This document shows, piece by piece, positions 57,498 through 64,000 of a stretch of 64,000 nucleotides of DNA. Each line of letters starts with the position of its first letter. Positions within the stretch are counted from its first letter, which is position 1. Origin of the DNA: a virus; the IMG/VR virus record IMGVR_UViG_3300028392_000034, positions 64,001-128,000 of that record. One strand, 5' to 3'. A model generated the notes under the pieces. That model was not told where the DNA came from and did no database searches. It saw only the letters and a list, made by a program, of their open reading frames with translations. The position numbers and the translations under genes were made by a program.

Positions 57498-58001
57498 ATG
57501 ACACGCAACGTTTATAAATCAGCCATGGGTAAAACAGTAGACATGGGATCATTGTTATTGCAAAACGAAAGAGTTCGAGCTGTGGGCAACATGAATGTAA
57601 ATGCTCGCGGCGATCGTTTGAACAGTAATAACGAAATAGTTGAGCCAAAAAATCAACAAGCTCAACGTAGGTATAAAAAGCAAACCAATGTATCTGCTGG
57701 ACCAGCACATTCAAGCACACGTTCGGCCAAAGAAGCAGTTCAACAGCCCGTGGTTGACCCCACCGATAGTTTTTCAGATCTGCCAATAGACGAGCCACCT
57801 GCAGAACCAGTGGTTGTTCCAGAACCAGCCACACCTATAGTGACAGCACCTCCTCCAGTGTCTCCAGAGCGTCAGAATACTCCGACACCGGCCCAGGGCG
57901 GCGGCCTAGCCGGCGCTATTGCTAGATCTAGAGAAGTCAAACAAGAATTGGAAAAAACACGTCGCCAACAAGCACAGGCGCAAGGCGTAAGAAGGATTTA
58001 A
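57498..58001 (+). CDS. Hypothetical Pro-rich protein
   Basis: AVGNMNVNARGD motif; TAAATA and SD upstream. Confidence 0.7.
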   Translation: MTRNVYKSAMGKTVDMGSLLLQNERVRAVGNMNVNARGDRLNSNNEIVEPKNQQAQRRYKKQTNVSAGPAHSSTRSAKEAVQQPVVDPTDSFSDLPIDEPPAEPVVVPEPATPIVTAPPPVSPERQNTPTPAQGGGLAGAIARSREVKQELEKTRRQQAQAQGVRRI

Positions 58002-58010
58002 AAGGACCGT

Positions 58011-58412
58011 ATGACTAAATTAGCATTTGAACCACACCGAATCTCTCAAAGCCAACTCAAGGCTTTAAATGATAACATATTAGTAGCAGACATGGAGTTT
58101 GATACTCGATTAAGTCAGGGCGGTATTATTATACCCAATGATAATGGAACCAGTCTGGGTATTCGCCCACGCTGGGGTCGTGTATATGCTGTGGGTCCAA
58201 AGCAAACGGATGTCGTTGTGGGTCAATGGATTATGGTAGCACATGGCCGTTGGACAAGGGGCATTGATATTGACGATGGCACCGCTGACCATAAAATAAC
58301 CATTCGTAAAATTGATCCCAATGATATCTTGTTGGTTTCAGACGAGCCAGACCGTCCACGCGATGACACACATAGCGATGCTGTTTACGTTCCTAACAAA
58401 TCCAACGAATAA
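58011..58412 (+). CDS. groES: Co-chaperonin GroES-like (possible capsid-assembly cochaperonin)
   Basis: LKALNDNILV...GGIIIP...GRVYAVGP...DILLV. Confidence 0.85.
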   Translation: MTKLAFEPHRISQSQLKALNDNILVADMEFDTRLSQGGIIIPNDNGTSLGIRPRWGRVYAVGPKQTDVVVGQWIMVAHGRWTRGIDIDDGTADHKITIRKIDPNDILLVSDEPDRPRDDTHSDAVYVPNKSNE

Positions 58413-58418
58413 AGCGGT

Positions 58419-58640
58419 ATGGGATTTCGTAAACCCGATGTAGCGTCAGCGTATTCTATTATACGCCAGAGTCTAGGCGAAATACATAGTCCTTACAACG
58501 ACGGTTTTACCGGACGAGCTTGCAAACAAGAATTGTATATGTTAAAATGTTGGTTAGACGCCGAGTATAAAAAGCTACCAACTTTTTCAGGCGAAGAAAA
58601 ATGGGAACAAGACAGACTAGTAGAAATACTCAAACAATAA
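58419..58640 (+). CDS. Hypothetical protein
   Basis: SPYNDGF...KQELY motif. Confidence 0.6.
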   Translation: MGFRKPDVASAYSIIRQSLGEIHSPYNDGFTGRACKQELYMLKCWLDAEYKKLPTFSGEEKWEQDRLVEILKQ

Positions 58641-58658
58641 CATCAAAGGAAAAACAAA

Positions 58659-58847
58659 ATGGCATTGACTAGACCTACCAAAACACAAGTAGAAAATCCA
58701 AACATCATCAAACATCGTGTTATTACTTTTACCAAAAGCGGACTGCGTATTGTGGCCTGTGGATTTTTAGCCTATTACGACATACAAATTGCAGCCTGTT
58801 TGTTTCTAGTAGCAGAGCTGTTGGGTGTGGCCCAAGAATTAATTTAA
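58659..58847 (+). CDS. Small membrane protein
   Basis: KSGLRI...AELLGVAQEL. Confidence 0.6.
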   Translation: MALTRPTKTQVENPNIIKHRVITFTKSGLRIVACGFLAYYDIQIAACLFLVAELLGVAQELI

Positions 58848-58868
58848 ACAGTTGATTAAAGGTATTGA

Positions 58869-59789
58869 ATGAAAGAACTTTGGATAGAGAAATATAGACC
58901 AAAAACTGTAGATGGTTATGTGTTTGTTGATGATAATCAACGTCAACAAGTAGAGTCATGGATTCGAGATGGAAGTATTCCAAATCTATTGTTTAGCGGC
59001 AGTCCTGGCACAGGCAAAACCACATTAGGAAAACTACTGATCAATGAACTAGGTGTTGATGAGTATGATGTCCTATATGCTAACGGATCAAAAGAAGGTC
59101 GTAAGATTGAATGGGTAGATAAACTGATCAGTTTTTGTCAGACTATGCCATTTGGTAAGTTTAAGGTTGTGTTTATTGACGAAGCAGACTATTTGAATCC
59201 TAATTCAGTTCAACCTGCCATGCGTAACTTAATGGAAGACTATAGTCACAGCGTTCGATTCATTTTAACTTGTAACTATCCTAATAAAATTATTCCGCCG
59301 CTACATTCAAGACTGCAACAGTTACATATCTTAAAAAGTGATCATACTGAATTTACAGCCCGCGCTGCCACGGTGTTAGTGACAGAAGAAATTGAATTTG
59401 ATATTGATACCTTAGATAGTTATGTCCGTGCCACTTATCCAGATCTGCGTAAGTGCTTACAGTTATTACAACAAAATAGTCAGTCTGGCGTGTTGAATGC
59501 ACCCAACAGCGCAGACAAGAGTGTAGGCGATTGGAAACTGGATTGTGTTCAGTTGTTTAAGTCGGGCAAAATTCGTGAAGCCCGAACACTAATTTGTCAG
59601 CAAAGCACTCCAGAAGAAACCGAAGATATTTTTCGCTGGATGTATGACAATTTAGATCTCTGGACCACTGATGTAGAACGTCAAGACCAAGCAATCATTA
59701 TTATTCGCAACGGCATGGCTGCAATGCCAATGGTAGCTGATCAAGAAATCAATTTAAGTGCCACACTGTGTGAACTAAGCAGGCTGTAA
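58869..59789 (+). CDS. Clamp loader small subunit (T4 gp44 / RFC-like AAA+)
   Basis: LWIEKYRPK, GSPGTGKTT, IDEAD, RFILTCNY, SR, PDLRK. Confidence 0.95.
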   Translation: MKELWIEKYRPKTVDGYVFVDDNQRQQVESWIRDGSIPNLLFSGSPGTGKTTLGKLLINELGVDEYDVLYANGSKEGRKIEWVDKLISFCQTMPFGKFKVVFIDEADYLNPNSVQPAMRNLMEDYSHSVRFILTCNYPNKIIPPLHSRLQQLHILKSDHTEFTARAATVLVTEEIEFDIDTLDSYVRATYPDLRKCLQLLQQNSQSGVLNAPNSADKSVGDWKLDCVQLFKSGKIREARTLICQQSTPEETEDIFRWMYDNLDLWTTDVERQDQAIIIIRNGMAAMPMVADQEINLSATLCELSRL

Positions 59790-59791
59790 CA

Positions 59792-60928
59792 ATGCCGGCA
59801 TATGAGGTTCTTGAACCTGCAATAGATCCCAACAATAGAATCTCTTTTCTATTGGATTGGGAACTCACAATGAAGTGTAATCTTGATTGTAGTTATTGTG
59901 ACTCAGGATTAAACGGAGGACACGATAACTCTACCAAACATCCTCCAAAAGACAAATGTATCCAAGCTCTAGAGTTTATGTTTGAATATGCGGATCAATA
60001 CATGCAATTCAAGCCTAATGGACTACGGTATGTTGTGCTCAATGTGTATGGTGGAGAAAGTTTACACCACCCTGATATAGTAGAAATATTATCTCAAATA
60101 CAACAAAAATATCAACCATACGCAGACCGTTGGAAATTAACAGTTACTACAACAACCAATGCCATAATATCCGATAAAAAATTATCAAAAATAATTCCTT
60201 ATATTGATGAATTCACCGTGAGTTCTCATGTGGAATGTACCGACCGTCAAAAACAACAGTTTAAACACAATCTATTGTCTATTAGAGACTCGGGTAAGAG
60301 ATTAAAATGTATTGTGATGCTGCATGATAATCCGCAACTATTTCAACAATCTCAAGATTTTTTATTATGGCTTGATGAAAATCAAATACGCTCATTGCCC
60401 AAACAAATCGACGGCGCCAGTTTAAATCAATCGTATGATCAACAACAAATAAAATGGTTTAATTCAATATATCAAAATAAAACATACGGAACAAAAATCT
60501 TTGAAATTATCAATACTGATGTTGGTGCGTCTTCCAATCTCAGTCAGGTCGGACGAGCCTGTTGTGGCGGCAGACAAAGTTGTCTAGATCAGAATTACAA
60601 GGAACGCCACTATTACGTTCTCGATAATAAATTTCCAGACTGGTATTGTAGTGTGAATCAATTTTTTCTTTTTATCAAACAGGTCAATGGAGAAGTATAT
60701 GTCAATAAAGATTGCAAAATGACATTTGATGGAACCGTTGGGCCAATTGGAAATTTAGATGAGCCTGACAAAATCATCAACCAACTAAAAACACAACTAA
60801 ATAACGGACAGCCTGTAATACAATGTAAAATACCCGTATGTCGTTGTGGTCTTTGCGCTCCTAAAGCGAAAAATCTAGACACATATCATTCAATCATAAA
60901 AAAATATCAAAAAAATCACATCACATGA
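59792..60928 (+). CDS. Radical SAM protein
   Basis: CNLDCSYC, GGE, TTN, C-terminal C...C.CG.CAPK. Confidence 0.88.
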   Translation: MPAYEVLEPAIDPNNRISFLLDWELTMKCNLDCSYCDSGLNGGHDNSTKHPPKDKCIQALEFMFEYADQYMQFKPNGLRYVVLNVYGGESLHHPDIVEILSQIQQKYQPYADRWKLTVTTTTNAIISDKKLSKIIPYIDEFTVSSHVECTDRQKQQFKHNLLSIRDSGKRLKCIVMLHDNPQLFQQSQDFLLWLDENQIRSLPKQIDGASLNQSYDQQQIKWFNSIYQNKTYGTKIFEIINTDVGASSNLSQVGRACCGGRQSCLDQNYKERHYYVLDNKFPDWYCSVNQFFLFIKQVNGEVYVNKDCKMTFDGTVGPIGNLDEPDKIINQLKTQLNNGQPVIQCKIPVCRCGLCAPKAKNLDTYHSIIKKYQKNHIT

Positions 60929-61206
60929 GATACCTGATGCTAACATATTATTACCAGCCCTCTGGTAAAATCGACGAAGTCATGACTGTGGCAACTCGAG
61001 TCAAAAATAAAGATTGGCAAACTGCCAGTGTAATTTTGGACTTTAAAGAACAAATAGTTCTCAAAGCTGCCCTGCGTGATACTGCTATTCCTAAAGACTG
61101 GGATCGAATTGTTGGCTACTATTATCCGTTCTATACCAACATCATGGAAAGATTATTGCAACAAAACGGTCATGAATTACCCAAGGCAGTCGCAATGCAA
61201 CCATAA
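60925..61206 (+). CDS. Hypothetical protein
   Basis: ATGA-coupled ORF. Confidence 0.65.
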   Translation: MRYLMLTYYYQPSGKIDEVMTVATRVKNKDWQTASVILDFKEQIVLKAALRDTAIPKDWDRIVGYYYPFYTNIMERLLQQNGHELPKAVAMQP

Positions 61207-61212
61207 TGACTC

Positions 61213-62121
61213 ATGATTGAATCAATTACTGGATTTCACATTGAACCTACTAATATTTGCACACTAAAATGTCCTGGTTGTGCAAGAACTCAATTTATTG
61301 AACAGTGGCCACAGCACTGGAAAAATCAAAGTCTTGATATTGATTTATTGTTGCAGTTTCTTGATATTGATTTGACCAATATAGGTATAAAATTATGCGG
61401 CGACTACGGTGATCCGATATATCATTATGATTTTATCAATTTTGTCCGGCGGTTAAAACAAAAAGGTGCTGTGGTGATGATCACCACCAATGGCAGTTAT
61501 AAAACACATAACTGGTGGCAAGAGTTAGTTGATATGTTATCGTCCCAGGACAACATAACGTTCAGTATCGACGGTACTCCTGAAAATTTTACCCAATATC
61601 GAATCAACGCCGATTGGGATTCAATTCGAGTTGGACTAGATGTTGTTGCTGGTTCCAATTGCAATAGTCATTGGAAATATATACCTTTTGCGTTCAATCA
61701 AACTGATATTGAACAGGTAGAAAAACTCAGTCAGACAATTGGCATCAAGAATTTCTATGTGGGATTCAGTGACCGATTTGACGAAAAAACTCAGCACTTG
61801 ATCCCAGACAAGTCGTTGATTAGTTCTCGTTACGCTGTGCAGGCCAAATGGAAATTAGAAAATGCCGCAACAGCATTGACACCCAAATGCCATACCGGCC
61901 ATGAGCATTTTATTACAGCCGGCGGACATTATATTCCATGTTGCTATCTTGCCGACCATAGATTTTATTACAAAACACCATTTGGTAAAAACAAACCGCA
62001 ATACGATATTCGTCAACATACCCTGTCTGAAATTTTACAACAGCCGCAGACCATAGAGTTTTATCAAACACTGGATCAACATCCTGGATGCCAATACAAC
62101 TGCCCAAACACAGCCGGTTGA
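61213..62121 (+). CDS. Radical SAM protein with SPASM-like C-terminus
   Basis: CTLKCPGC, GDYGDP, TNG, FSIDG, PCC. Confidence 0.9.
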   Translation: MIESITGFHIEPTNICTLKCPGCARTQFIEQWPQHWKNQSLDIDLLLQFLDIDLTNIGIKLCGDYGDPIYHYDFINFVRRLKQKGAVVMITTNGSYKTHNWWQELVDMLSSQDNITFSIDGTPENFTQYRINADWDSIRVGLDVVAGSNCNSHWKYIPFAFNQTDIEQVEKLSQTIGIKNFYVGFSDRFDEKTQHLIPDKSLISSRYAVQAKWKLENAATALTPKCHTGHEHFITAGGHYIPCCYLADHRFYYKTPFGKNKPQYDIRQHTLSEILQQPQTIEFYQTLDQHPGCQYNCPNTAG

Positions 62122-62152
62122 CCAAAACTGTGCTTTGTAGTATAATAACAGT

Positions 62153-62755
62153 ATGAAATCAAAATATCAAAATTTAAACAAACTGATTCTAACCGACGCT
62201 GATGGTGTGCTATTAGATTGGGAATGGGCATTTAATGTTTGGATGCAAGAACACGGCTTTGAAGAAGTCTCGGGCAGTAAACTCAATTATGATATGAGTG
62301 TGCGTTACGGTATACCAAAAGAGCAAGTTAAAAAACTGATACGCATCTTTAATGAATCGGCCGCAATTGGATTTTTACCTGCACTACGTGATGCCATGTA
62401 TTATGTCAAGCGACTGCATGAAGAATACGGATTTAGATTTCACTGTATCACCAGTTTGAGTTTGGATCCTAATGCACAAAAACTTCGCGAAATGAATCTA
62501 AATAAATTGTTCGGGACGTCGGTATTTGAACGTATTGTGTGCTTGGACACCGGTGCTGACAAAGAAGAGGCCTTGGAAGAATACAAAGGCTCTGGATGCT
62601 ATTGGCTTGAGGACAAACCAGAAAATGCCGAAGCTGGCTACAATGTAGGCCTACAAAGTCTACTGGTAGAACACGGGCATAACATGCATTATTATCACAA
62701 AGGCATTACTGTAGTTAAAAACTGGAAGCACATTTACGAGATCGTTACCGGATGA
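62153..62755 (+). CDS. HAD-superfamily nucleotidase-like protein (T4 gp30.2-like), leaderless
   Basis: DADGVLLDW, ITS, WLEDK. Confidence 0.85.
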   Translation: MKSKYQNLNKLILTDADGVLLDWEWAFNVWMQEHGFEEVSGSKLNYDMSVRYGIPKEQVKKLIRIFNESAAIGFLPALRDAMYYVKRLHEEYGFRFHCITSLSLDPNAQKLREMNLNKLFGTSVFERIVCLDTGADKEEALEEYKGSGCYWLEDKPENAEAGYNVGLQSLLVEHGHNMHYYHKGITVVKNWKHIYEIVTG

Positions 62756-63480
62756 CGCCGTTGATACACAATTATTCACAAGTAGCAGGTCGAACCCTAC
62801 ACTGGGATACCAGCGACAATAAAAATAACTATATTCAGAGCCTACAAAATCCAGTAGCATATCAACGACTACATGATCTTGGATTTATAAATACACAGAT
62901 TGACTACCAATACAATAGTCACGGGTTTAGAACAAAAGAATTTGATCAGCCATTTGATGCAGTGTGTTTTGGTTGTAGTTTTACCATGGGCACCGGAGTT
63001 CACAGTCGAGATACCTGGCCTGAACAGTTGTCTGCTATCACCGGTCTGTCGGTGGCCAATCTTGGACATGCTGGCAGTAGCAACGATACAGCCGTTAGAT
63101 TTGCATTGCATTATTTGCCATTGCTACGCCCTCAGTATGCCATATGGCTACAAACAGATATGCATCGTATTGAGCTATTGGATGAATCATTTCCAATGAG
63201 CTTGAATATTATAGCTAGTGATACTCAAAATCCCTGTGCCAACGATTTCTTTATTAAAACTTGGTTCACGTCGCCCTCTAATCAACAGTTGAATCTTCAA
63301 AAGAACGCCTTGGCATTTAAACAGCTATGCAATTCTTTGGGTATACAGAGTATAATTTTGCCCAGAGATAACGCCATGGATTATCCATGGCCTGGTGGCA
63401 CAGCTAGAGATTTACTACATCCTGGTGCAGACATATATAAAAAACTAGCCCAACAAGTTGCTGGGCTACTGGTTTCCTAA
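62752..63480 (+). CDS. SGNH/GDSL hydrolase-like protein
   Basis: YNSHGFR, GCSFTMG, NLG..G.SND, RDLLHPG. Confidence 0.75.
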   Translation: MTPLIHNYSQVAGRTLHWDTSDNKNNYIQSLQNPVAYQRLHDLGFINTQIDYQYNSHGFRTKEFDQPFDAVCFGCSFTMGTGVHSRDTWPEQLSAITGLSVANLGHAGSSNDTAVRFALHYLPLLRPQYAIWLQTDMHRIELLDESFPMSLNIIASDTQNPCANDFFIKTWFTSPSNQQLNLQKNALAFKQLCNSLGIQSIILPRDNAMDYPWPGGTARDLLHPGADIYKKLAQQVAGLLVS

Positions 63481-64000
63481 TCGGAGTAAAGTCGTAGCAC
63501 AGAATCAATGATTCTATGCCGCTGTATGTCTTGATTGTCAAGATTGCAAACAGCTATTCCTTTTACACCCCCTTCCCCCAGTCTTTGGCACAGGTCCATT
63601 AGACCATTATTGCCGCGGTTGCGATCCGCTTGTTCTACGTCGCCCGTGATTACAATTTTACTACCTTGGCCAATACGGGTCATTAGCATTTTGCACTGAT
63701 TGGGAGTTGCATTCTGCATCTCGTCAGCGATAATATACGCATTTTTAAAAGTGCGGCCGCGCATGAAGGCCAATGGAGCTATCTCTATTCGTTGCTCCTG
63801 GATCATGGCAGCAATGTCCGGCTGACGATAATACTCACGTAGTATATCAGTCAATGGACGAACCCATGGATCCATCTTTTGATTTAAATCACCGGGCAAG
63901 AACCCGTGCTGTTCATCTTCTACACCCACTGCGGGCCGCGTCAATACTATACGATTGACCTCACCTGCTCTAAATGCCTTTACTGCTGCCAGCATGGCTA
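63477..64000 (-). CDS. phoH: PhoH family ATPase (5' truncated by window edge)
   Basis: LTRPAV, GFLPGD, PLAFMRGRTF, DEMQN, TRIG, GD..Q.D, RH. Confidence 0.93.
   Translation of the reverse strand, partial: AMLAAVKAFRAGEVNRIVLTRPAVGVEDEQHGFLPGDLNQKMDPWVRPLTDILREYYRQPDIAAMIQEQRIEIAPLAFMRGRTFKNAYIIADEMQNATPNQCKMLMTRIGQGSKIVITGDVEQADRNRGNNGLMDLCQRLGEGGVKGIAVCNLDNQDIQRHRIIDSVLRLYSD

Noticed and set aside
1-64000. Alternative genetic code or stop-codon recoding
   Set aside because: Recognisable genes (clpP, ahpC, clamp loader, uvdE) are full-length in code 11, and coding density is high.
1-64000. Bacterial chromosome origin, given clpP, infA, sod, erpA and ahpCD
   Set aside because: These genes are interspersed with tail fibre and baseplate genes, a gp44-like clamp loader, TAAATA late motifs and dense small hypothetical ORFs, which indicates a large phage.

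Overview
A 64 kb segment of a large dsDNA tailed-phage genome (jumbo or T4-like myovirus type, standard genetic code), most likely from an aquatic phage of a Proteobacterium. The host is inferred from the IF-1, ErpA and desaturase sequences. The segment carries (i) virion genes: long Gly/Asn/Thr-rich tail fibres, an Ig-repeat baseplate-like protein, a LamG protein and a split glycine-rich adhesin; (ii) replication and housekeeping genes: clamp loader, GroES, a DnaE fragment, PhoH, ClpP, IF-1 and UvdE; (iii) many auxiliary metabolic genes: AhpC/AhpD, SOD, ErpA, fatty acid desaturase, a PlcP-like phosphoesterase paired with a GT4 glycosyltransferase, an amidinotransferase, four radical SAM enzymes and FkbM; (iv) a ParB/DGQHR-like + HNH + HNH + restriction-like nuclease + DNA methyltransferase island; and (v) arrays of small early genes driven by near-identical promoter-RBS cassettes. 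Two promoter classes are visible: sigma70-like TTGAC-N17-TATAAT and late-type TAAATA, many apparently giving leaderless mRNAs. The most notable unexplained structures are the split Gly-rich adhesin interrupted by a GGGKIICT domain, a ~280 nt structured non-coding leader before the cell-wall hydrolase, a candidate switch-like small RNA, and a C-terminal peptide tag shared by two unrelated proteins. No tRNA, rRNA or CRISPR array was recognised. All product calls come from motif recognition by eye, with no database searches.
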